A stretch of DNA of 64,000 nt, taken from NCBI GenBank assembly GCA_048270185.1, contig JBLWTJ010000004.1:32001-96000 (forward strand), read 5' to 3'. This document shows, piece by piece, positions 28,386 through 39,389 of the stretch. Source of the stretch: Bacteriovoracaceae bacterium. GTDB lineage: Bacteria > Bdellovibrionota > Bacteriovoracia > Bacteriovoracales > Bacteriovoracaceae. The position numbers and the translations under genes were made by a program. The notes under the pieces were generated by a model. That model saw only the letters and a list, made by a program, of their open reading frames with translations, was not told the DNA's origin and searched no databases. Each line of letters opens with the position of its first letter. Positions within the stretch are counted from its first letter, which is position 1.

Positions 28386-29048
28386 ATGAAGCTCATCGGT
28401 ATCACAGGTGGATCGGGTTCAGGTAAAACTACTTTTGCCTCAAAAGTTATTTCAAGACTTCCTAAAGAGAAAGTCTCAATGTTATCGATGGATTCTTATT
28501 ATCTTCAAGACCAGCCTAAGGAGCATTTTACAAAATCAGGACGTCCCAATTACGATCATCCTGAAGCTTTTGATTGGGAATTATTAATCAAGCATATCGC
28601 AATGTTGAAAGATGGCAATGCCATTGAAGTTCCAATCTACGACTTTAAAACGAGCTCTCGTCTAAAGGAGACAACAACTCTTAAGCCAATGCCAGTTATA
28701 CTGTTTGAAGGTATCTTCACTATTTTTAATCAACAAATCAGAGATATGCTTGATATAAAATGCTTCCTCCATGTCGAAGCCGATATCCGATTCACAAGAC
28801 GTCTTAATCGAGATGTTGCAGAAAGAGGAAGAAGTCTAGAAAGTGTTATCAATCAATACTACGATAGTGTTAGGCCAATGTATGAAAAATTTCTGGCACC
28901 TCAAAGGCAGTACGCTGACTTCATTGTTGGTGAAGAAACTGATGTCGCTTCAGAAATTCTAGCCGCAAGACTTCTTCAGTTCATTGACCAGAATAAAGAG
29001 TTTGAGTTACTCTTAAACTCATCAAAAGGATCTGAATGTCAAAGCTAG
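28386..29048 (+). CDS. udk: Uridine kinase
   Basis: 'GITGGSGSGKTT', 'NYDHPEAFD', 'RRLNRDVAERGRS'. Confidence 0.95.
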   Translation: MKLIGITGGSGSGKTTFASKVISRLPKEKVSMLSMDSYYLQDQPKEHFTKSGRPNYDHPEAFDWELLIKHIAMLKDGNAIEVPIYDFKTSSRLKETTTLKPMPVILFEGIFTIFNQQIRDMLDIKCFLHVEADIRFTRRLNRDVAERGRSLESVINQYYDSVRPMYEKFLAPQRQYADFIVGEETDVASEILAARLLQFIDQNKEFELLLNSSKGSECQS

Positions 29049-30643
29049 TTATCTCGCCAATAGGTGGGGTTGGTCAAATAGGCTCTAATGCTACACTTAT
29101 AAGTTACAAAGATAATCATATTATCATTGATGCTGGAATTCTCTTTCCATACGAAGACTGTTTTGACATAAATTACTTAATTCCGGACTTATCAAAAATC
29201 GATCTTCCAATTTCACATATTATTATTACTCATGGGCACGAAGATCATATTGGGGCCATCTCTCACTATATTGAGAGGTTTCCAGAAGCCGAAGTACATG
29301 CGCCGACATTTGCAAAACAATTAATCGAAGAAAAACTTGGATACCTTAGCTTATCGAAGAAAATTCATCTTCTTTGTGAGCGACTAGAAATCGGTAATAT
29401 TCTTCTTGATACAATTCATGTCAATCACTCAATACCCAATACAAAGGGAATCCATATTGGAATAAAGGATATTGATACATCTGTCCTTTTTATCTCTGAC
29501 TTTAAGTCTGATCCATTATCTCCCTATGAAGAAGCCATTAACTTAGGAAAAATATCTGAATTAAGTAGTACATATACTCAACGAATTGCCATGCTTGATT
29601 CTACTAATATTTTGAGTTCAAATCAAAGAACGACTTCTGAAGGTGAATTACATAAAGATCTCTCTAAGTTTATCTCAGATGCTCCAGGCAGAGTTTTTCT
29701 CACTTGTTTTGCCTCTAATATTCACAGGCTTCAAACAATTTATAATATTGCAAAAGAACAAGGCTTAAAGGTCATACTGCACGGGCGCTCACTTCTCAAA
29801 TACTCACGTATTGCTATGGATTGTGAACTGCTAGATGATCATGGACTTTCAAGAGAAGCCGAGAGTGTGAAAGATCTAAAAAAGAAAAATATCATTATCT
29901 GCTCTGGAAGTCAGGGTGAGTTTAGAGGAACAGTTAAGAGAATCTCAAGTGGTAGTGATCGCTTCTTCAAGCTAGGCGATACTGATACATTTATCTTTAG
30001 CTCTAAGGCCATTCCTGGGAATGAGAAGAAACTTGCCATGCTATTTAATGAGCTTACGGACCTTGGTTGTGAAGTATTAACTCACGCAAATGGTTTAATC
30101 CATGCATCAGGACACCCAGGAAAAAATGATCTTAAAGATGTTTATAATAGTTATAAACCAACCATGGCCATTCCGATCCACGGTGAAACATTCTTTTTAA
30201 GAAAGCATTGTGAGTTCATAAATGAAATCCTTCCAGGTACCAAGGATATTGAGATAAGAAACCATGATCAAGTGATTATTTCACATGGCGGAGAATACAA
30301 AGTTAAACAAGTAGAAGAAATGCCCCCTATTCTCATTCATGGTGATCGAGTTGTCATAGAAAGAGAGAAAATCTCGGAACGACGTAAAATGGCAACACTT
30401 GGAACAGTCTTTATATCTATTGCAAGTCAAAGCCTTAAGCGTGCTGGCCAACGGGTACAAGTCTCAACGATGGGTATTCCTCATAATGAGGAGCAAATAA
30501 GTCAATTACAAGAAATTTGCTTTGATATCTTCCTTGAAAAAGGAACACTTGATCAAAGAAATGAGAAGATTCGTGTAGCTGTAAGAAGATACTTTCAAAA
30601 TATTCTCGGCTACAGGCCTTTGGCCATTGTTCATATTTGTTAA
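29036..30643 (+). CDS. rnj: Ribonuclease J
   Basis: 'PIGGVGQIGSN', 'THGHEDHIGA', 'FASNIHR', 'GSQGE', 'HASGH', 'PIHGE'. Confidence 0.92.
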   Translation: MSKLVISPIGGVGQIGSNATLISYKDNHIIIDAGILFPYEDCFDINYLIPDLSKIDLPISHIIITHGHEDHIGAISHYIERFPEAEVHAPTFAKQLIEEKLGYLSLSKKIHLLCERLEIGNILLDTIHVNHSIPNTKGIHIGIKDIDTSVLFISDFKSDPLSPYEEAINLGKISELSSTYTQRIAMLDSTNILSSNQRTTSEGELHKDLSKFISDAPGRVFLTCFASNIHRLQTIYNIAKEQGLKVILHGRSLLKYSRIAMDCELLDDHGLSREAESVKDLKKKNIIICSGSQGEFRGTVKRISSGSDRFFKLGDTDTFIFSSKAIPGNEKKLAMLFNELTDLGCEVLTHANGLIHASGHPGKNDLKDVYNSYKPTMAIPIHGETFFLRKHCEFINEILPGTKDIEIRNHDQVIISHGGEYKVKQVEEMPPILIHGDRVVIEREKISERRKMATLGTVFISIASQSLKRAGQRVQVSTMGIPHNEEQISQLQEICFDIFLEKGTLDQRNEKIRVAVRRYFQNILGYRPLAIVHIC

Positions 30644-30661
30644 GTCCATTAAAATATTCAT

Positions 30662-31177
30662 ATGGATAATTCAATCATCATCATTGCACTTCTTGCGATT
30701 ATCGCAATCGCCCTCTTTGCTCTTATCGCCATATTTGGTTATATCGCCCTTAGACGTGATCTTCAGAAAGAAGAAAGTGAAGAAGGTAAATTGACTCAAA
30801 AGATTAGCTCACTTATCGACAAGAATCGATCAACAGAAAAAATTCTTGGTTTATGCTCAATTTGCGAAAAAGAACTTATAGAAAACGATTACTTTAATGT
30901 CGAATCTCTCCATCTATGTCGTGAACACTTTAGTGTATACACCCAGAGTGAATGGGTACCAATTACCAATCAGAGAACCACAAGCGAAACGCCGGAAAAA
31001 GGTGTCTATATCTATAACTTTAAGAAAAATCTTTGGAATGATGATAAAATTCCAACGTTCATTTTATGTGAATATAAAATTGACGTTGAAAGTGACATAA
31101 TTGAAACATACGTTCAACTCCATGTTCAAAAAGAAAATGAAGCTGAACTTAGAAATAGAATTAAATTAGAAAAGTAA
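30662..31177 (+). CDS. Membrane-anchored hypothetical protein with a CxxC...CxxH zinc finger
   Basis: N-terminal TM helix; 'CSICEKELIENDYFNVESLHLCREHF'. Confidence 0.7.
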   Translation: MDNSIIIIALLAIIAIALFALIAIFGYIALRRDLQKEESEEGKLTQKISSLIDKNRSTEKILGLCSICEKELIENDYFNVESLHLCREHFSVYTQSEWVPITNQRTTSETPEKGVYIYNFKKNLWNDDKIPTFILCEYKIDVESDIIETYVQLHVQKENEAELRNRIKLEK

Positions 31178-31186
31178 GAGGTACTG

Positions 31187-31573
31187 ATGAATGATGTTGA
31201 AATTTTAAAAGCACAAATTAATCAAATCATGGAAGAGAATAAACCTAATGTTATCTTCGATAGTAAATATGACAGGCTAATTCGCGAGTGTGAAAAAGAA
31301 TTAACATCATCAGGACTAAGGTCAAAGGTCGCCTACTCTCTTGACTCTCTTATACCGGAAAAGAGAAATGCTAAGTTTGGTGGAGGGCAATTTGAAAGAT
31401 GGCAATATGAACTAAGTTGGCAGGACTGGGAAGGAAATTTTCGTCTAGTTCTTCGAAATATCCCACATAATAACTCTAAACTTCTTCTAACTCTTCCAGA
31501 TAATTTCAAAGAAGATTCTATTGAACTACTCGAACACTTTAAACAAAACTTAATCAAACTACTTAATCAATAA
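31187..31573 (+). CDS. Hypothetical protein
   Basis: 128-aa ORF with GAGG SD, ending at a terminator. Confidence 0.7.
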   Translation: MNDVEILKAQINQIMEENKPNVIFDSKYDRLIRECEKELTSSGLRSKVAYSLDSLIPEKRNAKFGGGQFERWQYELSWQDWEGNFRLVLRNIPHNNSKLLLTLPDNFKEDSIELLEHFKQNLIKLLNQ

Positions 31574-31604
31574 AAAAAAGGGCCCTTATCGGGCCCTTCT
31601 TTTT
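31572..31604. terminator. Bidirectional intrinsic terminator between convergent operons
   Basis: A tract - AAGGGCCC-TTATC-GGGCCCTT - CTTTTT. Confidence 0.85.
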
Positions 31605-31635
31605 GATGTCTCCATCAATATACTCGGGGGGAATC

Positions 31636-33213
31636 CTATCGCTCTACTGGGCGAAAAGTTTCATTTCCTAGATTTTGTTCTTCTTCTTTTCTTAAATAAG
31701 AAGGAGTATCAAGTTCGTCTTCATCAAAATTAATGAACCCTAATTTTTCTGCAATCGACTTTGGTCTCTCAGATTTCTCTTGAGTTGTATGATTACCAGT
31801 CAGAGCTTTTTCATTTGCCCAAGGATCAACTTCTGTCTTAGAGGCTTCGTATTGAGAAGCCGCTTCACGAATTGAATCAGTCAAACTTGGACGTTGACCT
31901 TGATGAGTCTCATGAGAATCACCATCAAAAGCATGAGTTCTTTGGATAGTTGCTTCTTCTCTTACAGGTGCTTCATGATAAGCAGCCTGTTGTTGATAAG
32001 TTGACTCTTGTGTTCTTTCCGTCTGTTCCATAATTTGTTCAACGGCAGAAAGTTCAGCGTGATCAACTGGTCTTTCGATTACTCTTTCGACAGTTCTCTC
32101 AACCACTGGTCTTTCGACAGTTCTCTCAACCACTGGTCTTTCAACAATTCTTTCTTCTACAACTGGTGCAGCATATGTTGTTTGTGGTTGAACAGGAGCA
32201 GTTCTTCTTACTTCTTGTTGAGGAGCAACACTTACTCTATCTTCTTGTCCACCAAGTCCTGTTGCGATAACAGTTACTTTAATATTATCTTCTAATTCAT
32301 CATCAACTACTGATCCAAAGATTACTTCTGCATCTTCATCAGCTGCTTCCATAATCAGTGTAGCTGCTTCATTAACTTCATGCATAGTCATTGAAGAACC
32401 ACCAGTGATATTGATAATGATTCCTGTTGCACCATCAATTGAAATATCTTCAAGAAGTGGTGAAGAAATCGCTTCATTAGCTGCTTTAATTGCTCTATCT
32501 GGACCTGAACAAAGACCAGTACCCATAAGTGCAAGTCCCTTATTTGACATAACAGTTGATACGTCAGCAAAGTCAGCATTGATATGACCAGTTGTATTGA
32601 TTAGATCTGAAATACCTCTAACAGCATTTAGAAGAACTTCATCAGCTTTCATAAATGTTTCAACAAGAGAAAGGCTCTCACCTGCAAGTTGAAGTAGTCT
32701 TTGATTTGGAATTGTAATTAGTGAATCAACATTTTCTTCAAGAGTTTGAATTCCAGTTGAAGCCTGTCTCATTCTCTTCTTACCTTCGAAGATGAATGGT
32801 TTAGTTACAACACCAACAGTTAGAGCACCAAGCTCACGAGCTAGTTTTGCAATAACAGGAGCTGCACCAGTACCTGTACCACCGCCCATACCGGCAGTAA
32901 TAAATACCATATCAGAATCTTCTAGAACTTGGCTTAGCATTTCATACTCATCAAGAGCAGCTTTGCGTCCTACTTCTGGGTTTGCACCAGCACCAAGGCC
33001 TTTAGTTAATTCAACACCAAGCTGAACCTTAGTTGGAGCTAGGTTTACAGCAAGAGCTTGAGAGTCTGTGTTAGCAACAATATACTCAACACCAGTTAGA
33101 CCGGCTTTGATCATTGTGTTTACGGCATTACATCCACCGCCACCAACACCAACAACGCGAATTTTTGCGCCTTCAGTTAGTTTTAATTCATTGTTATCAG
33201 AAATTTCGAACAT
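31636..33213 (-). CDS. ftsZ: Cell division protein FtsZ with long C-terminal linker
   Basis: '[10 protein letters not shown]', tubulin signature 'GMGGGTGTG', 'NADFADV', C-terminal peptide '[11 protein letters not shown]'. Confidence 0.98.
   Translation of the reverse strand: MFEISDNNELKLTEGAKIRVVGVGGGGCNAVNTMIKAGLTGVEYIVANTDSQALAVNLAPTKVQLGVELTKGLGAGANPEVGRKAALDEYEMLSQVLEDSDMVFITAGMGGGTGTGAAPVIAKLARELGALTVGVVTKPFIFEGKKRMRQASTGIQTLEENVDSLITIPNQRLLQLAGESLSLVETFMKADEVLLNAVRGISDLINTTGHINADFADVSTVMSNKGLALMGTGLCSGPDRAIKAANEAISSPLLEDISIDGATGIIINITGGSSMTMHEVNEAATLIMEAADEDAEVIFGSVVDDELEDNIKVTVIATGLGGQEDRVSVAPQQEVRRTAPVQPQTTYAAPVVEERIVERPVVERTVERPVVERTVERVIERPVDHAELSAVEQIMEQTERTQESTYQQQAAYHEAPVREEATIQRTHAFDGDSHETHQGQRPSLTDSIREAASQYEASKTEVDPWANEKALTGNHTTQEKSERPKSIAEKLGFINFDEDELDTPSYLRKEEEQNLGNETFRPVER
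32083..32136. repeat. 27-bp perfect tandem repeat x2 (plus degenerate flanks) in the ftsZ linker
   Basis: tctttcgacagttctctcaaccactgg at 32083 and 32110; encodes PVVERTVER. Confidence 0.9.
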
Positions 33214-33227
33214 AAGTTCCCCCTTAT

Positions 33228-34481
33228 TTAAAAAATTTCTCTAAATACTGATTTAATAGATCCTGATAATTTACTTACAATATCTATTTGATTTATATCT
33301 TCTTCTACATCCGCTTCTACTTCTTTACCTTTAGAAGCTTCTAGTAAAAGTCCTAGAACTGTTGAAAACTTTGGATTCTGCATAATATTAGTCATGCCAC
33401 CAAATGCAATTGGGAAACCAATTTTAAGTGGCCTCTCAAGTAGGTACTCACCAATTTCCGGCATTCCCTTAATCATGGCCCCACCACCAGTAAGAACAAC
33501 ACCACCACTAATATCATCTCCAAGATTTTTCTCTCTAATGATATTTTTGATGAGATCAAATAATTCTTCAGCACGTGCACCAAGTACATTAGCAACAGTG
33601 TTAAGTTGTACTTCTCTTGGTTTTGTTCCTGAGATTCCTTGCACAGTAATATGTGCAGATTGATTTACTTGTTCAGGAAGAACTGAACCGTGATTAATTT
33701 TAATTCTCTCTGCTTCAGCATGAGGAATCTTAAGAGCAACGGCCAAATCATTTGTAAAGTGGTTACCACCTACTGGAATAACTTGTGTATGTACAAGGGC
33801 TCCATCTTTCCATAGAGCGAGATCTGTTGTACCACCTCCGATATCAACAAGAAGTGTTCCCATCTCTTTTTCTTCTGGAGATAAAACTGACTCTGATGAA
33901 GCAATCGGTTGTAGTGTTACGTTCTCAACCTTGATGCCAGTATGTTCAACACACTTTACTAGGTTTTGAATCAATGAAATTGATCCCGTAACGATATGAA
34001 CATGTGCTTCTAACCTAGTTCCACACATGCCAATTGGATTTTTAATTCCTGTTGTATTATCTACTTTAAACTCTTGTGCAATAACGTGAATAATTTCGCG
34101 ATCACTTGGCATTACAACGGCCTTTGCTGCTTCAAGAACGCGATCAACATCATCTTGAGTGATCTCGCTTCCCTTAACGGCCACAACACCTGAGCTATTA
34201 AAACTATATATATGGCTTCCGGCAATTCCAATTGTTGCACTATGAATTTCAACACCGGCCATAAGCCTTGCTTCTTCTAATGAATTTTGAATTGATCGAA
34301 CTGTCTTATCAATATTAACAACACTACCTTTTTTAAGGCCATGACTTGGATGAGTACCGATACCGATAATCTCTAGTTCTGCTTTAGGTGAATGGTTGCT
34401 TGAAGTGTTTTGGATACCGACAATTGTACAAACTTTTGTTGTACCTACGTCTAGACCGACTACGATATTTTTTTCTTTCAT
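33228..34481 (-). CDS. ftsA: Cell division protein FtsA
   Basis: 'GLDVGTTKV', 'VDIGGGTTD', 'VLTGGGA'. Confidence 0.97.
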   Translation of the reverse strand: MKEKNIVVGLDVGTTKVCTIVGIQNTSSNHSPKAELEIIGIGTHPSHGLKKGSVVNIDKTVRSIQNSLEEARLMAGVEIHSATIGIAGSHIYSFNSSGVVAVKGSEITQDDVDRVLEAAKAVVMPSDREIIHVIAQEFKVDNTTGIKNPIGMCGTRLEAHVHIVTGSISLIQNLVKCVEHTGIKVENVTLQPIASSESVLSPEEKEMGTLLVDIGGGTTDLALWKDGALVHTQVIPVGGNHFTNDLAVALKIPHAEAERIKINHGSVLPEQVNQSAHITVQGISGTKPREVQLNTVANVLGARAEELFDLIKNIIREKNLGDDISGGVVLTGGGAMIKGMPEIGEYLLERPLKIGFPIAFGGMTNIMQNPKFSTVLGLLLEASKGKEVEADVEEDINQIDIVSKLSGSIKSVFREIF

Positions 34482-34571
34482 TGAGAATCCTTTCTCTAGT
34501 TTTTCTTACAGAATCATTCTGTTAATAAAGAAATCACGGCAGTTTTTACCGCATATAGAGAAATTTTAGAA

Positions 34572-35309
34572 TTACTCGTTGAACTTGACAACAACTTTTT
34601 TGGAATTTGTAATATTTATTACCGAAGGAACTTTCTTATTCTTAGATAAGTAACTGATTGTTTGAGTCAGCTTTTCCATTTTAAGAGGCCATTCATCTTT
34701 ACCCATGAACACGCTCGAAGGCTTTCCTTTAATTGAAAGTATCATTGTTAACTCTTTGTTATCGCTGATTATAACTTCCGATATAAGCTTTCTAAAAACA
34801 AGGTCTAAGCCAGAGATGATTTTTGTAATATTTTTCTGAACCGTCTTATCCATCTCACCAACAGGGATAGCAAGATATGGAAGAGAGTAAGTTAGTTTCT
34901 TCTCTGTTCTTAAAAGAATTTCATAAGTTGGATCAAATAGCTGACCATTATCCACAAGAATAGCCTCATATGATTCCATTCCATTCTCTTTATAAATTTG
35001 TACTTTCATAAGTGGAGCTGGACAATCATAAATGAAGTTTAGCATTCCATCTAAAGGATTATATTTAATTGTGTAATCAGATAAGAAATGTTTCTCTTTT
35101 AAACGATCGGCCGTTATCAAGTTCTTCATGCTTCTAAGAGAGTTATTGGCCTCAAAGTCTTTTACAAGTTTTAAAGTCAGAGTTCCAGCAGCACGTGACG
35201 GACACTTGCCAAAAGAAGTTTTATACTTAATCTTCTCTTTTGGAATATTTACTGAGAATACCTGTGTACTTAGAAGTGATAGTATAAAAATATTGATAAG
35301 CTTCTTCAT
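34572..35309 (-). CDS. Divergent FtsQ/DivIB-like protein (putative)
   Basis: Position directly upstream of ftsA; N-terminal hydrophobic segment; 'LVDNGQLF', 'LPYL' and C-terminal 'INITNSKKVVVK' resemble the FtsQ beta domain. Confidence 0.5.
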   Translation of the reverse strand: MKKLINIFILSLLSTQVFSVNIPKEKIKYKTSFGKCPSRAAGTLTLKLVKDFEANNSLRSMKNLITADRLKEKHFLSDYTIKYNPLDGMLNFIYDCPAPLMKVQIYKENGMESYEAILVDNGQLFDPTYEILLRTEKKLTYSLPYLAIPVGEMDKTVQKNITKIISGLDLVFRKLISEVIISDNKELTMILSIKGKPSSVFMGKDEWPLKMEKLTQTISYLSKNKKVPSVINITNSKKVVVKFNE

Positions 35310-36217
35310 TGGTTATCTATCCTGACCTCTGGCTCAAACTTTAATCCATATTGTAGATAAAGCTCGTCTTGAACTAATTTGATGAGACTTTTGACGTCAC
35401 TGGCCGTTGCATTTGAGAAATTCTCCATGAAATTTCCATGAAGATTACTCACACGAACATCACCTATCTGTAATCCCTTCAAGTTAAGTATATCAATAAA
35501 CTGGCCGGCAGTGCAAGCTCGCCCATCTTTTGAGATATTTTTAAAGACACTTCCACAAGTTTTTTCTTTAAGCGGCTGAGTACGATTGCGTGTTAATAAG
35601 TAATTTCTAATAGTCTCGGCCAACTTTGGGTCTTGTCCATGAGAGATAAGCTCAACTTGATAAACAATATCTCCTGAACTTAGAAAGTTATTCTGACGAT
35701 ATGAAAAAGATGACTCATCTGTATCTTTAACATATTCATTTCCATATTTATCGATATACCAAACTCGCTTAATGATTTCACTAATCCAGCCAAGTCCAGT
35801 ACCCGCATTCATAAAGACTGCACCACCTAAGGTTGCAGGAATCCCCGTAATCACCTCCCATCTTTTATTTCCAAACTTAGAAGCATGGGCCGTAAGACTT
35901 GAGAGTTTAACTGATGCTGGAAGTATATAATTTTCTCGATACTCTTCAAGAAGAGTGCGATCAAAATCAAAATTTAGATTAATTATCGGTTTTGAGATTT
36001 CTTCATTAAGAACCTGGTTTGCTCCAAGTCCTAACAACATATATTCAATATTATTTTCAGTTAATAATTTTACAACAGACTTTAAAGCCTTAAGATTTTT
36101 AATACTAATAAAGTCACCACTTGAAGCGAGTCGCATTGTTGAATACTTAGAAAGATCCTTTCCTTCTTCAACTTCAACGGCTTCAATATCATTTAAAAGT
36201 TCTTTAAGCTTACTCAT
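35306..36217 (-). CDS. murB: UDP-N-acetylenolpyruvoylglucosamine reductase
   Basis: 'GIPATLGGAVFMNAG', 'FSYRQ', 'QPLKEKTCGSVFKN', 'HGNFM', 'EPEV'. Confidence 0.95.
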   Translation of the reverse strand: MSKLKELLNDIEAVEVEEGKDLSKYSTMRLASSGDFISIKNLKALKSVVKLLTENNIEYMLLGLGANQVLNEEISKPIINLNFDFDRTLLEEYRENYILPASVKLSSLTAHASKFGNKRWEVITGIPATLGGAVFMNAGTGLGWISEIIKRVWYIDKYGNEYVKDTDESSFSYRQNNFLSSGDIVYQVELISHGQDPKLAETIRNYLLTRNRTQPLKEKTCGSVFKNISKDGRACTAGQFIDILNLKGLQIGDVRVSNLHGNFMENFSNATASDVKSLIKLVQDELYLQYGLKFEPEVRIDNQ

Positions 36218-37586
36218 TACGATCGTTATCTAAAACCCATTCTCGAATAACTCGTCCGATCGATCCTGCACCTAGAGTCATAATTGTTGCATTCTTATTT
36301 GAGCGAATAATTGAATCAATATCTTTGACTTCAATCAGTTTAGCTAAGCCTGGATGTAGTCGATTAATATCTTCAACAAGCCTATCAGAAGTTATACCAG
36401 GAATTGGGCTTTCACTCGCAGGATAAATTGGACACATATACAATTCATCAACATCATTAAAACAATGAAGGAATTCATTCCAACAATCCTTTGTTCTTGA
36501 GAAACGGTGAGGCTCAAAAATTGCAATCTTCTTGTGATCTCTAATTTCTTTTAACGTACCAAGAGTTGAAGAGATCTCAGTCGGATGGTGTCCATAATCA
36601 TCAAGAATTTCAATATCATCGTTCTTGTAAAGAAGCTGAAATCTTCGTCCAACATTTTCAAAACTTATGATTGAGCTTTGGATCATTTCAACAGGAACAC
36701 CCATCTTATGAGCGATAGAGATTGCTCCTAGAGCATTGAGAACATTATGCTTACCAGGAAGATTAATTTTGATCTGTCCAAGGTTTTCGGCCCCATGAAT
36801 TAAATCAAAAGTTGAAGATAGTCCATCCATCGTAATATTGGCCGCTTTATAATCAGCATCATTCTCAATTGCAAAAGTGACAATCGGCTTTTTAATATGA
36901 GGAACAAGATCCATTAATCTTTTGTCATCTGCATTTAAAGAAGTGATTCCATAAAAAGGCACCTTATTGATAAACTCTTCGAAGCTATCAATAAGAACTT
37001 CTTCACTACCGTAATGATCCATATGATCAAGATCAATATTTGTCACAACAGACATGATTGGATTAAGCATTAAGAATGATCCATCCGACTCATCAGCTTC
37101 AGCAACGAGGTAATCACCAGTACCAACCTTTGCGTGTCCCGCTAAGTTTGAAACAATCCCACCAATGATATAAGTTGGATCATAATTACTTGCCTGAAGG
37201 ATTGTTGCTAAAAAACTTGTTGTCGTCGTCTTTCCGTGAGTACCAGCGATCGCAATTCCTCTTTTAAGACGCATAAGTTCGGCAAGCATTTCAGCTCTTC
37301 TCATAATTGGAATATGATTTTCACGAGCAATCTGCATTTCAGGGTTGCTTTCATTAACAGCAGAAGAGTAGACGATGACCGTTGTATCCTCTTTAATATT
37401 TTCTCTAGCATGTCCAATGTAAACAGTGGCGCCTAACTCTCTAAGTCTTGCCACGTTGGCCGACTCACTAATATCTGATCCTGTTACTTTATAACCAAGA
37501 CTTAATAGGATTTCTGCAATCCCACTCATTCCTATCCCACCGATACCGATGAAATGTACTGATATATTTTGAATATTAATATTCAT
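36210..37586 (-). CDS. murC: UDP-N-acetylmuramate--L-alanine ligase
   Basis: 'HFIGIGGIGMSGIA', 'GTHGKTTT', 'EADESDGSF', 'DDYGHHPTEI'. Confidence 0.97.
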   Translation of the reverse strand: MNINIQNISVHFIGIGGIGMSGIAEILLSLGYKVTGSDISESANVARLRELGATVYIGHARENIKEDTTVIVYSSAVNESNPEMQIARENHIPIMRRAEMLAELMRLKRGIAIAGTHGKTTTTSFLATILQASNYDPTYIIGGIVSNLAGHAKVGTGDYLVAEADESDGSFLMLNPIMSVVTNIDLDHMDHYGSEEVLIDSFEEFINKVPFYGITSLNADDKRLMDLVPHIKKPIVTFAIENDADYKAANITMDGLSSTFDLIHGAENLGQIKINLPGKHNVLNALGAISIAHKMGVPVEMIQSSIISFENVGRRFQLLYKNDDIEILDDYGHHPTEISSTLGTLKEIRDHKKIAIFEPHRFSRTKDCWNEFLHCFNDVDELYMCPIYPASESPIPGITSDRLVEDINRLHPGLAKLIEVKDIDSIIRSNKNATIMTLGAGSIGRVIREWVLDNDRNE

Positions 37587-37638
37587 CTGATTCCCTTCCC
37601 TAAGGTAAATTATCTAATAAATTTAGCTTAAAGTTTGG

Positions 37639-38769
37639 CTATTGTTGAGAAAAAAAAGGTTTTTCAATAGCTTGCAGCCGTTGACGTGACACACAAGAGT
37701 AAATTAGGCCAATTGCTATAAGATTACTCATCATGGAAGAGCCACCATAACTAACAAATGGAAGATTTAGACCTTTTGTCGGCAGAAGTCCAAGAACAAC
37801 TCCCATGTTAAGACAGGCCTGAATTCCTATAATAAAGATAATTGATAAAACCATCTTACGTGAAATTTCATCCTTCAGAGATAGAGCTAATTTAAAACCA
37901 ATATGAGTGAAGGCCATAAATAGACCAACAAAAGATATTACTCCTAAAAAACCAAACTCTTCACCAATAACAGAGAAGATAAAGTCATTATGGGCCTCAG
38001 GTAGGAAGAAAAGCTTTTCTAAACTATTTCCAATACCTTTTCCAAAAAAGCCACCATTAGCAAATCCAATCCATGACTGTATCACTTGAAACCCACTTCC
38101 TCTTGGATTGGCCCAAGGATCAAGAAATGCCATTAATCTCTTCACACGATATGGCTGGGCCACAAGAATAAGTGAAGTTAGAATTGAACCAACTCCCATA
38201 AGAATGTAAAAATATTTACGACTAAAGTTTGAGATGAAGCAAGTAAATGCAATTCCAAGGGCACAAATAAAGAATGTTCCAAAATCTGGCTGTAGTAACA
38301 GAAGCATAAGGACGAAGAGAATATTTGCACAATATTTTAAACGGTTTTTCACATTGAGCTTATCATAGTTTTCAAAGAAGAAGAGTGAGAGCATCATTGT
38401 TGAATACTTGGCCATCTCCCCCGGTTGTAAGGAACCAAAACCCAGATTAATCCAACGGTTTGCACCTTTTGCTACAACTCCAAGCCCCGGAATAAAAGTC
38501 AGAATAAGAAGTCCTGCCACAATCATATTTAAATGAAATGAGAATTTAAACCAGAATTGATACTTTGTTTTGGCAACAACATATGCCGCTCCTATTCCAA
38601 TTGCAGCAAACAGAAGTTGACGTGAAAAGAAGTGAATACTTGTTCCATAGACTTCTTTAGAAAACATATAAGAAGATGAGTAAACCATGACAACACCAAT
38701 AGAGACGATAATTGATGTGATGATAAGAAAAATTTTACTAAAACGATCCATGTTTTCGAAAGAATTCAT
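37639..38769 (-). CDS. ftsW: SEDS peptidoglycan polymerase FtsW
   Basis: 'GANRWINLG', 'QPGEMAK', 'QPDFGT', 'LPEAHNDFIF', 'LPFVSYGGSS'. Confidence 0.95.
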   Translation of the reverse strand: MNSFENMDRFSKIFLIITSIIVSIGVVMVYSSSYMFSKEVYGTSIHFFSRQLLFAAIGIGAAYVVAKTKYQFWFKFSFHLNMIVAGLLILTFIPGLGVVAKGANRWINLGFGSLQPGEMAKYSTMMLSLFFFENYDKLNVKNRLKYCANILFVLMLLLLQPDFGTFFICALGIAFTCFISNFSRKYFYILMGVGSILTSLILVAQPYRVKRLMAFLDPWANPRGSGFQVIQSWIGFANGGFFGKGIGNSLEKLFFLPEAHNDFIFSVIGEEFGFLGVISFVGLFMAFTHIGFKLALSLKDEISRKMVLSIIFIIGIQACLNMGVVLGLLPTKGLNLPFVSYGGSSMMSNLIAIGLIYSCVSRQRLQAIEKPFFSQQ

Positions 38770-38831
38770 ATATTCATCATACTTGAATTCTGAATTCGTT
38801 GCATTAGAAATAAAAGAAACTGCGCAGCAAA

Positions 38832-39296
38832 TTACTTCAAATAAATTTGAGCAAAAGTTCGAAGTGAAGAAAGTCCTCTTCCTTCAAAGCATTCATAGGC
38901 CGTGAATGGAGTGATTCCTTCACGGTGTACTGCACGCATGAGACATTCTCTCTCATGGCCATTGCGTACGAGAGCTGCAAGAGAGACATGAAAGCTCGTC
39001 ATTGTGTGATGATAGTACTCTGCGACTTCTTTGATACTCTTGTAAGCATCGGGAGTCGCCGCAAGAGTACATGCATTGAACTCGACAAGACTTATGGCCC
39101 TGCGGTTATTTAAAATACTTTCGAGACATTGATATTGATGACTCGTCTTAATTTGTAAGCACTGATTCTTAAAGCGATACTGGTTATATTTTGAAAGCCT
39201 GTTATCAACTAATTTAATACATTGATCTGTATGAGTATTGGCCTCGGCCTGGAGTGAGTAAATTGAATATAAAATAAAAAATAAGATAATCTTCAT
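38832..39296 (-). CDS. Secreted Cys-rich hypothetical protein inserted in the dcw cluster
   Basis: Signal-peptide-like N-terminus; 6 Cys. Confidence 0.65.
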   Translation of the reverse strand: MKIILFFILYSIYSLQAEANTHTDQCIKLVDNRLSKYNQYRFKNQCLQIKTSHQYQCLESILNNRRAISLVEFNACTLAATPDAYKSIKEVAEYYHHTMTSFHVSLAALVRNGHERECLMRAVHREGITPFTAYECFEGRGLSSLRTFAQIYLK

Positions 39297-39337
39297 TTGA
39301 AGATCATATGACTTAAAACTTGTTCTGTTTTCTGGGT

Positions 39338-39365
39338 AAAAAAAATGCCTGCATTAAGCAGGCAT
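39338..39365 (-). terminator. Intrinsic terminator after murD
   Basis: ATGCCTGC-TTAAT-GCAGGCAT followed by a T tract on the minus strand. Confidence 0.85.
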
Positions 39366-39389
39366 CCTCAGTAATTATTATTTCAAAAA

